Source of the DNA: an uncultured Staphylococcaceae bacterium
GTDB taxonomy: Bacteria; Bacillota_I; Bacilli_A; ML615J-28; CAG-313
Assembly: GCA_964368275.1 (NCBI GenBank)
Contig: CAYJAQ010000004.1
Coordinates: 1 to 48,506, forward strand
Direction of reading: 5' to 3'
DNA length: 48,506 nt
Below are positions 7,180 to 16,816 of this stretch, piece by piece. The position numbers and the translations under genes are program-made. The number at the start of each line of letters is the position of its first letter. Within the stretch, counting starts at the first letter, position 1. The notes beneath the pieces are model-generated. The model had not been told where the DNA came from. It ran no database searches and saw only the letters and a list, made by a program, of their open reading frames with translations.

Positions 7180-8386
7180 AAAATTACAAAAACGTTTTAT
7201 TGTAGTAGCTATGACAGCAGTTACCATTGTCCTTGCCATTATTATGGTAGCTATTAATTTAATTAATTATATAACAGTAACAAATTTTGCTGATGACGTG
7301 CTTGATAATCTTGTTAGAGGTAATGGTCAATTCTTACCTCAACCTGCTCCCCCTAAAGATATGCGGCCACCAAGTGATAAAATGACGGGTGAAACGCGTT
7401 TCGAAACTCGTTATTTCTCAGTAATTTTAGATAATAACCATGAAGCAGTAAAAATTGATACAACGCATATCTTCGCTGTAGATCAGACAAACGCTGTTTT
7501 GTATAGTCAAGAAGTATTAACAACTAAAAGAACATCGGGTTATTTGGATATTTATCGTTATCGTAAAGAACTGACGGAATCAGGTACATTAATAATCTTT
7601 ATTGATTGTTCAAAGCAATTGATGACAGTAAAAGATTTTTTAATAGGAAGTATAATTGTATCGGGTCTAGGAATGGTAGCTGTTACATTAGTTGTAATAC
7701 TATTATCAAAAAGGGCTATTTTGCCAATTGCTAAGAGTTATGAAAAGCAAAAAAGCTTTGTGACTGATGCTAGCCATGAACTAAAAACCCCACTTACGAT
7801 TATTTCGGCTAATAATGAAATACTGGAATTAGAAGTTGGTACAAATGAATATACACGCATGATTGCTAAACAGGTAGAACGAATGGCAACCATGACCAAA
7901 AACTTATTATTATTATCAAAAATTAGTGAAGACGATTTTAAAAATGAATGTGAAAAGTTTGTATTAACAGATGCTATTATCGATGTTACTGATTCATTTA
8001 GAACAGTGATTAGCGATAAACGGGTGTTTGAGGTTACTATTGATAATAATATTAATTATTATGGCAACGAAAAGCTAATTAGACAAATGATTTTTATTTT
8101 GCTCGATAATGCATATAAGTATTCCCAAAAAGCAATTTATGTTAAAATAAGTAGTGAAAAAGGACGAATAATGATTGAGTGTCGAAATGATTGCGAAGGC
8201 GTAGAAATAGGTAACCTAAATAAATATTGTGATCGTTTCTACCGTTCAGCTATTTCTCGTGCATCGAGTATTGAAGGAAGTGGCATCGGCTTATCCATTG
8301 CTAAAGAGATAATCGATATGCATAAGGGAAAACTTACTTTATCAAGTAAAACTGGTCATGATTTCATTGCTGAAATTGAATTATAA
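7172..8386 (+). CDS. Sensor histidine kinase
   Basis: It overlaps the response regulator gene by 8 nt and has two TM helices. It shows an H-box (SHELKTPLT), an N-box (DNAYKYS) and a G-box (GSGIGLSIAKEI). Confidence 0.9.
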   Translation: MIRKLQKRFIVVAMTAVTIVLAIIMVAINLINYITVTNFADDVLDNLVRGNGQFLPQPAPPKDMRPPSDKMTGETRFETRYFSVILDNNHEAVKIDTTHIFAVDQTNAVLYSQEVLTTKRTSGYLDIYRYRKELTESGTLIIFIDCSKQLMTVKDFLIGSIIVSGLGMVAVTLVVILLSKRAILPIAKSYEKQKSFVTDASHELKTPLTIISANNEILELEVGTNEYTRMIAKQVERMATMTKNLLLLSKISEDDFKNECEKFVLTDAIIDVTDSFRTVISDKRVFEVTIDNNINYYGNEKLIRQMIFILLDNAYKYSQKAIYVKISSEKGRIMIECRNDCEGVEIGNLNKYCDRFYRSAISRASSIEGSGIGLSIAKEIIDMHKGKLTLSSKTGHDFIAEIEL

Positions 8387-8400
8387 ATGTCTTCAAAAGT

Positions 8401-8432
8401 AAAAAATCTTCATATGAAGATTTTTATTTTTT
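8401..8432 (+). terminator. Rho-independent terminator after the two-component genes
   Basis: AAAATCTTCA-TA-TGAAGATTTT followed by a T-run. Confidence 0.75.
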
Positions 8433-8500
8433 ACTGATACTTTTAAGTTAATTTAAGTTTAATGTTTTATAATGTTATTGTAGAAAAAGAGGTGCTGACT

Positions 8501-9190
8501 TTGGATAAGGGTAGTGTGTTTAGACGATATGAGTTAAAGTTCATCATTAATAATCAGCAGTACAATGCTATTATAGATACAATTAATCAAAACATGGAGT
8601 TAGATGAGCACGGGAAAAGCTTGGTATGTAATTTATATTTTGATACTTCCAATAGTTTATTAATCCGTCGCTCGATTGAAAAGCCAGTTTACAAAGAGAA
8701 AATTCGTCTTCGTAGTTATGGTATACCTAAATCAAATGATTTAGTTTTTATTGAATTAAAGAATAAGTATGACGGAATTGTTTATAAAAGAAGAATGGCG
8801 TTGCCAGAAAAACAAGCAATGACGGGAATAATTAGTGGCCAAATTGACGATAGTAGTCAAATTGCAAAAGAGATAAATTATTTCTTGAAGCGATATGGTA
8901 AAATTGAGCCATCTGTAGTCTTGAGTTATCAGCGAAGTGCTTATTATGGGATTGGTAATCATGATTTGCGCTTGACTTTTGATACTAATTTGTTATATCG
9001 TGATTATGACTTAAACTTAACTAAAGGAATATATGGTACACCATTATTGGGCGATGATGAAATACTAATGGAAGTAAAAAGTAGCACTGCTTTTCCCCTT
9101 TGGCTAGTACATGAATTAAGTAGTAATAAAATATATAAAAGACCGTTTTCCAAATATGGAATGGCTTATCAATTAAAGAAAGAGGCATAA
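8501..9190 (+). CDS. VTC-domain (Vtc4-like triphosphate-tunnel) putative polyphosphate polymerase domain protein
   Basis: Alternating charged beta-strand motifs are present: YELKF, KEKIRLRSY, FIELKNK, YKRR and ILMEVK. The start is set at an in-frame TTG at 8501, 6 nt after AGAGGTG. The track start at 8462 overlaps a TATAAT box (8467-8472). Confidence 0.7.
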   Translation: MDKGSVFRRYELKFIINNQQYNAIIDTINQNMELDEHGKSLVCNLYFDTSNSLLIRRSIEKPVYKEKIRLRSYGIPKSNDLVFIELKNKYDGIVYKRRMALPEKQAMTGIISGQIDDSSQIAKEINYFLKRYGKIEPSVVLSYQRSAYYGIGNHDLRLTFDTNLLYRDYDLNLTKGIYGTPLLGDDEILMEVKSSTAFPLWLVHELSSNKIYKRPFSKYGMAYQLKKEA

Positions 9191-9192
9191 AC

Positions 9193-9873
9193 ATGGAAAA
9201 GATATTTGATTCTATTATAGCAACTAAAATAACTTTCTGGGGATTCATTGTAATAATGGCAGTGGCATTTTTGTTAGGAATTTGCTTAGCCGTTACGACC
9301 GCATATAAAAGTCGTTATTCTAAAAGCTTTGCAATTACCTTAGCATTGATTCCTGCTGTAGTTTCGTTAGTAATTATAATGGTTAATGGTAATTTAGGTG
9401 CAGGAATTGCTGTTGCGGGTGCGTTTAGTTTAGTAAGATTTCGCTCTTCTCCTGGCACCGCTAAAGAAATATGTGCAATTTTTGTTGCGAGTACAGCTGG
9501 TTTAGCATTAGGAATGGGATATGTCACTTATGCTGTTATCTTTGTAGTTCTAATCGCTTTTGTTTTTTGGGTGCTTTCAGTTACTAATTTTGGCAACACT
9601 TCGGTACATACAAAAGATAAGGTTCTAAAAATAACTATTCCTGAAGATTTAAACTATAGTGATGTATTTATTGATGTATTCAAGAAATATACTACCAAAC
9701 AGCAGCTTGTAAAAGTAAAAACAACTAATATGGGAAGCATGTTCAAACTAACCTACCAGATTACTCTTGTTGGAGGTATAAGCGAGAAGGAATTCATTGA
9801 CGAATTGCGCTGCTTGAATGGTAATTTAGAAGTAATGTTAAGCATAGAAGAACATTCTCAAAGTGAACTGTAA
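9193..9873 (+). CDS. DUF4956-family membrane protein
   Basis: It starts 2 nt after the VTC gene. It has about 4 TM helices, an AFSLVRFRS motif, and a roughly 90-aa soluble C-terminal domain. Confidence 0.7.
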   Translation: MEKIFDSIIATKITFWGFIVIMAVAFLLGICLAVTTAYKSRYSKSFAITLALIPAVVSLVIIMVNGNLGAGIAVAGAFSLVRFRSSPGTAKEICAIFVASTAGLALGMGYVTYAVIFVVLIAFVFWVLSVTNFGNTSVHTKDKVLKITIPEDLNYSDVFIDVFKKYTTKQQLVKVKTTNMGSMFKLTYQITLVGGISEKEFIDELRCLNGNLEVMLSIEEHSQSEL

Positions 9874-9887
9874 AAGGAGTTGATCGT

Positions 9888-11627
9888 GTGAAACTTAAAC
9901 ATAAATTTGTGATGATGCTTGTGGTATTAATAATGGTGTTGTTAGTGTCATGTGATGCCCCCAATCCAGTAGTTCCAGGCGAAGTAGAACTACCTGATAC
10001 TGATATTGCTGTTCCTAATTCTGACGATATGTTTAGTAATAAGGATAATAAGGTGTCATATGCGGAAGATGAAAAAGTTGCTATTTCACTGAATGGTACT
10101 TCAATCAGCTGTGATAGCAGCAATGTAGTAATTAATGGCCAAAATGCGACAATAACCAAAAAAGGTATCTATGAAGTAACGGGTACACTTTATGATGGCC
10201 AAATTGTTGTCAATATTGATAATGCTGATAAAGTAACCGTTATTTTAAATAATGCAAGCATAACAGCTACATCGACTGCTCCTGTATATGTCTTATCAGC
10301 CGATAAAGTGTTCCTAAATATTGTTGGGAATAATGAATTAATAACTACAAACAATTATATTGCAATAGACGATAACAATATTGATGGTACTATTTTTGCT
10401 AAAGACGATTTGACAATTAATGGAACAGGCACTCTTAGCGTGACTAGTTCGTATGGTAATGGAATTGTCGCTAAAGATGATTTGATTATTGTTGGTACTA
10501 CCCTTAATGTTAATGCTGCTGAAGATGGTTTTGATGTTAATGATAGTGTTAGAATGAATAATTGTAATGTTAATATTAAAGCTGAGCATGATGGTATTCA
10601 CTGCGAAAATGATGAAGATACTACGTTAGGCTATATTTACATTGATGGCGGAACTTACAATATTACAGGAATGCTTGATGGTATTCAGGCAAGTTCAACT
10701 ATTCAGATTATAAAAGGCAATTTTACCATAAAAACTGGTGGTGGTAGTGCTAATTCTAGCAGCAATAGTGGTGGATACTGGGGTAGTGTTACAACTGAGT
10801 CAATGAAGGGAATAAAAGCTACTAGTAATATTGTCATAACAAGTGGAGAATTAACGCTTGATACATCAGATGATGCCATTCACTCTAACGGCTCTATTCA
10901 ACTAGATGGTGGTTCTTATGATGTCACAAGTGGTGATGATGGTATTCACGCCGATAGTACTATTATTATTAACGGTGGTATAATCACTATTTCCCAAAGT
11001 TATGAAGGAATAGAAGCCCAGAATATTACGATAAATGGTGGCACAATTAAAATAAGTGCTACTGATGATGGTTTAAATGCGGCTGGTGGTAAGGATGGCT
11101 CAGGGCTTGGCCGACCGGGTTTTGGCTCATTTAATCCTAACAGTAATTGTTTTATTACAATTACGGGGGGAAATCTTTCAGTAAATGCAAGTGGTGATGG
11201 AATTGACGCAAATGGTGCTCTTTACGTTTCTGGCGGTACTACGATTGTTGAAGGGCCAACATCAAGTGGAAATGGTGCCCTTGACTACGATGGAGTTGCT
11301 CAAATTACCGGCGGTGTTTTTGTAGCAATTGGTAGCAGTGGAATGGCCCAAAACTTTGGTAATACCTCATCACAAGCATCAATTCTATATAATATGAATA
11401 GTGCTCAAAATGCTAATACCGAAATAACGATTATGGATAGCAATAATGATATTTTGTTCACACATACTGCTAAAAAACGTTATCAGTCGGTCTTAATTAG
11501 TGGACCTTTTATTACAATTGGTAAAACATATAAGCTAGCTTTAGGTACTACTACGACAAATATTACGATGTCCAGCCTAATTTATTCGATTGGTGGAGGA
11601 ATGGGTGGTGGCGGTCGACCACGCTAA
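9888..11627 (+). CDS. Lipoprotein with parallel beta-helix repeats (Cthe_2159-like carbohydrate-binding family)
   Basis: It has a GTG start after AAGGAG, and a signal peptide with lipobox LLVSC. It shows repeated DDGIHA, DDAIHS, GDGIDANG and DDGLNA turns and SGG-rich loops. The C-terminal tail is GGGMGGGGRPR. Confidence 0.7.
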   Translation: MKLKHKFVMMLVVLIMVLLVSCDAPNPVVPGEVELPDTDIAVPNSDDMFSNKDNKVSYAEDEKVAISLNGTSISCDSSNVVINGQNATITKKGIYEVTGTLYDGQIVVNIDNADKVTVILNNASITATSTAPVYVLSADKVFLNIVGNNELITTNNYIAIDDNNIDGTIFAKDDLTINGTGTLSVTSSYGNGIVAKDDLIIVGTTLNVNAAEDGFDVNDSVRMNNCNVNIKAEHDGIHCENDEDTTLGYIYIDGGTYNITGMLDGIQASSTIQIIKGNFTIKTGGGSANSSSNSGGYWGSVTTESMKGIKATSNIVITSGELTLDTSDDAIHSNGSIQLDGGSYDVTSGDDGIHADSTIIINGGIITISQSYEGIEAQNITINGGTIKISATDDGLNAAGGKDGSGLGRPGFGSFNPNSNCFITITGGNLSVNASGDGIDANGALYVSGGTTIVEGPTSSGNGALDYDGVAQITGGVFVAIGSSGMAQNFGNTSSQASILYNMNSAQNANTEITIMDSNNDILFTHTAKKRYQSVLISGPFITIGKTYKLALGTTTTNITMSSLIYSIGGGMGGGGRPR

Positions 11628-11699
11628 AAACAACTTTAATAATTTCCTTTATATTAGCACTCCAATTTTGGGGTGCTTTATTATGCACAGTGTGATTAG

Positions 11700-11728
11700 T
11701 TGACTATTTCGCTAAAAACTGCTATAAT
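11700..11728 (+). promoter_or_regulatory. Near-consensus sigma-A promoter of the acyl-activation operon
   Basis: TTGACT (11700-11705), a 17-nt spacer, then TATAAT (11723-11728). Confidence 0.75.
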
Positions 11729-11770
11729 ATACTAGTAATTGACACAAAATTTCACAAGTAAGAGGATAGC

Positions 11771-13714
11771 ATGGAAAGAGTTTTGAAGATTGTACGTGAA
11801 TCTGTGAAAAAATTGAATCAAAGCGACTATACATTTAAAGCTATTTTTGATGTGATGTTTGGCTTTAGTGATAATATTATTGCTGAAAAACTTGTAGGTA
11901 CATCAATTAGCTATACTACGTATCATGAATGTCAAGAACTAATTGAAAAGACCTCAGCTTATTATCAAATGATTTTTCAACATATTCCAACAGAATCATA
12001 TATTGGTTTAAAATTAGGAAATTCTCTTGAATGGATAGTAACATTTTGGTCCCTTCTTCAAAGTGGCTATCGTCCAGTCTTAATAAATACCCAATTAGAT
12101 AGTGAAATGATTACTAATGTTTTAACAAAATTAGCTGTTAAAGCGGTAATTACAGATTATCCGGAATTAGGTGATAATGAGTATAATGCCTATAAATTAA
12201 TCGAAGAGGCGAAAAACTTTCAATCGACAGGTTCTGCTCCGAAATGGTCAAATAGTATTGTTCTATCAACATCAGGAACATCAGGTCCTGCTAAGATTTG
12301 TCTGTATGAAGGAAAAGCGATTTGCATGCAAATCTTAAAGAGTTGGTCAATTGTTAAGCAAAATAAAGACATTCGTTCCTTCCATAAAGGCAAAATGAAA
12401 CTTTTAGCCTTTTTGCCATTTTATCATATCTATGGCTTATCAGCTGTTTTACTATGGTTTGGTTTTTTTGGAAGAACTTTTGTTTTCTTGAAGGATAATA
12501 ATCCCGAGAATATCACGAGAACTTGTCAACTCCATCAAGTTACACATGTATTTGCTGTGCCAATTCTTTGGAATACAGTTGCTCAGTCAATCACCAAACA
12601 AGCAGCACGCGATAATTTGTCCGAACGTTTAAAAAAAGGATTAGCAATAAGTGCTAAATGGCAAAACACATTCCCTCGTTTGGGGCGTTTTTTAGCAAGC
12701 AAAGTATTATTCAAAAAAGTCCAAAAAAAGGTATTTGGTCCTTCAATTAAGTTTTGTATTTCTGGTGGAGGGTATGTTCTTGAAGATACTTTAAAAATAG
12801 TAAATGCCATTGGTTATTCCCTTCATGTCGGTTATGGTATGACGGAAATTGGGATAACATCGGTCGAACTTGCTAGTAATTATAGCCAACTAATAAAAGG
12901 ATCAATCGGTCAGCCTTTAAAGGGAATTACTTATCAGATAGTCAATAATGAATTACAAGTAAAAGGTGATTCACTTTTTACCGCAATCTTTCAAAATGAG
13001 TGTTTTGTTCTACGAAGGGAAGAGGAATGGTTTAAAACGGGTGATATTGCCTATCAAGATTCCAAGGGTAATTATTTTATTAATGGACGTTTAGATGATA
13101 TTATTATCGGAGAAAACGGCGAAAATATTAATCCTGATGATTTAGAACGCTATTTTACACTAGATTATGTTAAACGTTTTTCGATATTAGGCGTTCCCAA
13201 CGAAGATGGTAATCTTGAAGTTACACTAGTTGCGCAGATTAGTAAACAGGTAACTAATCATCAAGTTAGAAAACTATTTCAAAATATTAATGCCATCAAT
13301 GCGACAATGCCTATTCATCAACAAGTACGTCGCATTATTGTGACTACTGATAGTATAGCACTTGAAGAATCTTTAAAAGTAAATCGAAAAAAATTGATTA
13401 GTAAAATATTAAAAAATGAGCTTCATGAAGTTGAATTTAAGACTGAGGAAGCAAATAATATTAATTATGAAGATGCACGTATTACCTCAATAAAAAAAAG
13501 TCTAAAGGAAACGATTGCGGCAGTACTAACTAAACAAGCTGAGGACATTCATGATGATGATCACTTTATTATGGATTTAGGGGGTAATAGCCTTGAATAT
13601 TTTGTTCTCATTTCTCGAATTGAAGAGGCTTTTAATATTAAAATTACTTTTACTAATAATACAGTTTTAAATACAGTGAATGAGTTTTGTTTATATATTG
13701 ACAAGAATGAGTAG
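11771..13714 (+). CDS. ANL-superfamily adenylating enzyme fused to a C-terminal carrier (PCP/ACP) domain
   Basis: Motifs present are STSGTSGPAK (P-loop), GYGMTE, FKTGDIA and NGRLDDIIIGENGENINP. The C-terminal roughly 80 aa carries DLGGNSLEY, a phosphopantetheine attachment motif. Confidence 0.85.
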   Translation: MERVLKIVRESVKKLNQSDYTFKAIFDVMFGFSDNIIAEKLVGTSISYTTYHECQELIEKTSAYYQMIFQHIPTESYIGLKLGNSLEWIVTFWSLLQSGYRPVLINTQLDSEMITNVLTKLAVKAVITDYPELGDNEYNAYKLIEEAKNFQSTGSAPKWSNSIVLSTSGTSGPAKICLYEGKAICMQILKSWSIVKQNKDIRSFHKGKMKLLAFLPFYHIYGLSAVLLWFGFFGRTFVFLKDNNPENITRTCQLHQVTHVFAVPILWNTVAQSITKQAARDNLSERLKKGLAISAKWQNTFPRLGRFLASKVLFKKVQKKVFGPSIKFCISGGGYVLEDTLKIVNAIGYSLHVGYGMTEIGITSVELASNYSQLIKGSIGQPLKGITYQIVNNELQVKGDSLFTAIFQNECFVLRREEEWFKTGDIAYQDSKGNYFINGRLDDIIIGENGENINPDDLERYFTLDYVKRFSILGVPNEDGNLEVTLVAQISKQVTNHQVRKLFQNINAINATMPIHQQVRRIIVTTDSIALEESLKVNRKKLISKILKNELHEVEFKTEEANNINYEDARITSIKKSLKETIAAVLTKQAEDIHDDDHFIMDLGGNSLEYFVLISRIEEAFNIKITFTNNTVLNTVNEFCLYIDKNE

Positions 13715-13720
13715 GTAAGT

Positions 13721-14350
13721 ATGAATAAATTTATATTGGGGTTTGTAAAAGTAACAGGAGTACTTCCTGCTGTTATTTACTTAAAACGGAAAGTATATTA
13801 TGAGAATAAAGAAATACAAGGTAAGAAGCTTACCGGTAAAACAATGATTGTCTCTAATCATACTGGCTTGCGCGATTATGTAACTTATCTTTTTCTCTTT
13901 TTCCGCTATTCATTGTGGTTTTTAGCAGCGGAAGTGTTATACAAAAAGCCAAATAATGCAAGACTGATTAAACACTTAGGAGCTATTCGCGTTAATCGGG
14001 ATACCCATGAGGTTGATTTTTTTGCCAATGCCATTAGTGTTTTAGAAGAAAATAAGATACTTTTGGTTTTTCCAGAAGGACGTATTTCGGCGACAAAAAA
14101 ACTATTACCATTTAACACAAGTGCCGCGTATATTGCTTATATGGCAAATGCAAAAATAGTACCAGTTGTTACGGATGGTAATTATGGTTTCTTTAAAAGA
14201 GTCCATGTAATGATTGGAGAACCGCTTTATTTGCGCGATTACCTTGATAAACAATATTTAGAAAAAAATGATATCATCAAGTTAAATGATATTTTACGTA
14301 ATAGAATACTAGAATTACAGCAGAAATTAGCTAATGAGTTAAAAAAATAG
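13721..14350 (+). CDS. PlsC/LPLAT-family acyltransferase (copy 1)
   Basis: It has an N-terminal hydrophobic anchor, an HX4D motif (NHTGLRD), and FPEGR. Confidence 0.85.
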   Translation: MNKFILGFVKVTGVLPAVIYLKRKVYYENKEIQGKKLTGKTMIVSNHTGLRDYVTYLFLFFRYSLWFLAAEVLYKKPNNARLIKHLGAIRVNRDTHEVDFFANAISVLEENKILLVFPEGRISATKKLLPFNTSAAYIAYMANAKIVPVVTDGNYGFFKRVHVMIGEPLYLRDYLDKQYLEKNDIIKLNDILRNRILELQQKLANELKK

Positions 14351-14358
14351 GAGGACCC

Positions 14359-15054
14359 ATGGCAACTACGAAAAAAAGAATCTATCCCAATTGTCGGTTC
14401 TTCCGGATATTTAATCTTAAAATGTTTGTGCTAGATTTTGTCAAAATAACCGGTTGGTTACCATTTTTATTAGTATATCGACCTAAATATATTTTTCAAA
14501 ATAAAAAGTTGCAAAACCGGATAATCAAAGGTCGGGCAATTGTGATTGCTAATCACAATAGTTTAATGGATCCCATTTGTTTATGCTATGCTTTTGCATT
14601 CCGCCGGATTCGTTACCTTGCTGCGGAAGTGCTTTTTGAAAAAAGTCGTCTATTCGCTTGGATGATTCGATCGGTTGGCTGCTTACGAATTAATCGGAAT
14701 ATCGTTGATTTAAAAAGTATGCGCCGCTCGCTTGATGAACTAAATGAAGATGGTGTTATTAGCTTATTTCCTGAAGGAAAATTAAGTAGCGATAATAGTA
14801 CAATTCAATCTTTTAAATCCGGTGTTATTTTATTAGCTCTTAAATCTAATGCACCAGTTATTCCTGTTTATATTGCTTATACCAATAAATCATTTCACCG
14901 AAAGCACATTGTTATCGGTGAACCAATTGATATCACAAAGTACTGTGCTAATAAAATTCCCACAATTGCGGAAATTGAGAAGCTTAGTAACGTTTTAAGA
15001 GAAGCCGAAGAGAAATTGCTTAATTTATATGAGCAAACTGTAAAGAAGGATTAA
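14359..15054 (+). CDS. PlsC/LPLAT-family acyltransferase (copy 2, paralogue of copy 1)
   Basis: It has an HX4D motif (NHNSLMD) and FPEGK. The architecture and the shared AAEVL(Y/F) block match copy 1. Confidence 0.85.
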   Translation: MATTKKRIYPNCRFFRIFNLKMFVLDFVKITGWLPFLLVYRPKYIFQNKKLQNRIIKGRAIVIANHNSLMDPICLCYAFAFRRIRYLAAEVLFEKSRLFAWMIRSVGCLRINRNIVDLKSMRRSLDELNEDGVISLFPEGKLSSDNSTIQSFKSGVILLALKSNAPVIPVYIAYTNKSFHRKHIVIGEPIDITKYCANKIPTIAEIEKLSNVLREAEEKLLNLYEQTVKKD

Positions 15055-15063
15055 GGAAGTAAT

Positions 15064-16545
15064 ATGAAGACAACATTTTCAGATTTCAGTAAATATACTG
15101 ATCAAGAAACATTTAAGAAAATTGTTTATTTACCAACAATAGCTGAATTGTGGCAAAAAGCAGTTAATGATAATGCTCAAGAATATGCTTTTTATTATCA
15201 AGATGAAGTAATTACTTATGAACAAGCTGAGAATGATGTTGCTAAACTACGCTTTCAACTAGCAAAATTAAAGTTAGCAAAAAGGGCTCATATTGGCATA
15301 CTATTAAAGAATGATTATAGTTTTGTCAAGAGTTTCTTAGCAGTAACTACTTTAGGTTATGTTGCGGTTTTACTTCCATATCAAACGCCTAAAGAAGATA
15401 TTCAATATAATGTAGCGTTTTGCGACATTGAAAAACTAATTTACGATAATTCGTCATTAGGTAAGATTAGTGAATTTTCGGCGGAATTTCTGGACAAATT
15501 GATTAATATAGATAACCTACCACTCGAAGATTATCTGCCTTGCCAAAAATGTCAAAAGACCGATCCTGCAGTTATTATTTTTGCTCACGGGACGGGTGTT
15601 TCATGTCAAGCAACTTTGCTAAATCACGGTGCTGTAACAAGAGGAGTAGTGAATGGCTGCCTAGGTTATCACGATGTTTTTAAACAACGCTATCTTTCAG
15701 TAATTCCTCTAACTCATGTTTTTGGGTTAATTAGGAATTTATTAACTAGTATTTATACCGGTTCAACTTTGGGTTTCTGTCCTGACGTGATGCGACTTTT
15801 CCGAGTTATGAAAACATTTAAACCAACAATTTTGGTTATTGTACCTGAACTTGCTAAAATGATTCTCACGGTAATTAAACAAAGAGGTATTGATAATGTT
15901 GGCGGCGAATTGAAAAACATTATTTGTGGTGGAGCCGAAGTTGGTGAAGAACTACCCAAAGCATATAAAGAATTTGATATTGAAATTTTCCCTGGTTACG
16001 GTTTGACTGAAGCTGCTAATATGGTTAGTGGTAATCCTAACAGTATCGACTATCCCCTTTCGGTTGGTCTTCCTTTTCCAGAACAAGAGTTGAAGATAGT
16101 GAATGATGAACTTTTGATAAAAGGTGATAACGTGATGGATGGTTATTATAACGATTCTGATGCTACCAATAAAGTGCTAGTAGACGGTTGGTTAAAAACT
16201 GGTGATTTAGCACGCTTTGATGAATTAGGTCAACTCTATATTATTGGCCGAAAGAAGAATATTATTATTTTTGGTAATGGTGAAAATATTGCGCCAACAG
16301 CATTAGAGCATCTCATAAATAAAGATGACGCAGTGAGAGATTCGCTAGTATATGCTAGCACCAGTGCTTTAGGTGTCGCAACCATAGTTGCCGAAGTGTT
16401 AATGAATGAAGTCTATCTACATAAACAAAATGTACTAGACAAAGAAGCTTACTTTGAAAATTTACTAAATGAAGTAAATAAGAAATTGCCTACTTATGCT
16501 AGAATTAGCCAAATAATAATTCGTACAAATGATTTTTCTCGCTGA
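15064..16545 (+). CDS. ANL-superfamily AMP-ligase homologue with a degenerate P-loop
   Basis: GYGLTEA, LKTGDLA and IGRKKNIIIFGNGENIAP are present. The P-loop position reads FAHGTGVSCQA (no Lys), and the protein ends before the usual C-terminal catalytic Lys. Confidence 0.8.
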   Translation: MKTTFSDFSKYTDQETFKKIVYLPTIAELWQKAVNDNAQEYAFYYQDEVITYEQAENDVAKLRFQLAKLKLAKRAHIGILLKNDYSFVKSFLAVTTLGYVAVLLPYQTPKEDIQYNVAFCDIEKLIYDNSSLGKISEFSAEFLDKLINIDNLPLEDYLPCQKCQKTDPAVIIFAHGTGVSCQATLLNHGAVTRGVVNGCLGYHDVFKQRYLSVIPLTHVFGLIRNLLTSIYTGSTLGFCPDVMRLFRVMKTFKPTILVIVPELAKMILTVIKQRGIDNVGGELKNIICGGAEVGEELPKAYKEFDIEIFPGYGLTEAANMVSGNPNSIDYPLSVGLPFPEQELKIVNDELLIKGDNVMDGYYNDSDATNKVLVDGWLKTGDLARFDELGQLYIIGRKKNIIIFGNGENIAPTALEHLINKDDAVRDSLVYASTSALGVATIVAEVLMNEVYLHKQNVLDKEAYFENLLNEVNKKLPTYARISQIIIRTNDFSR

Positions 16546-16579
16546 ATGATTTAGATTCGCGAGATGAGATGAGGACAAT

Positions 16580-16816
16580 ATGATATTTAATAAACTAAAA
16601 GAAATATTTATTGAGATGTTGGGCAGTGCTAATGTCCCTACTGTAATCACCGAAGATTCAACATTATTTAGTGATTTGGGATTTACATCAGTTACAATGC
16701 TGTACATGGCGATGGCGATTGAAGAAACTTTTAATATTGAAATTGATAATTTTGAGGTTAACCAATTTTGCACTGTCCGTGATGTCTGTAGCTATATTGA
16801 AAATGCCCAAAAATAA
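16580..16816 (+). CDS. Stand-alone acyl/peptidyl carrier protein
   Basis: The 78-aa acidic product has a DLGFTSVTMLYMAMAIEE motif with Ser at the attachment position. Confidence 0.8.
   Translation: MIFNKLKEIFIEMLGSANVPTVITEDSTLFSDLGFTSVTMLYMAMAIEETFNIEIDNFEVNQFCTVRDVCSYIENAQK

Noticed and set aside
9794-10601. Reverse-strand track ORFs 9794-10159 and 10338-10601
   Set aside because: They are antisense shadows of the beta-helix lipoprotein gene. Their translations are low-complexity (Ser/Thr/Ile/Asn runs).
16465-16773. Reverse-strand ORF of 102 aa across the ANL/ACP junction
   Set aside because: It is antisense to two motif-bearing genes in a tightly coupled operon and has no signals of its own.
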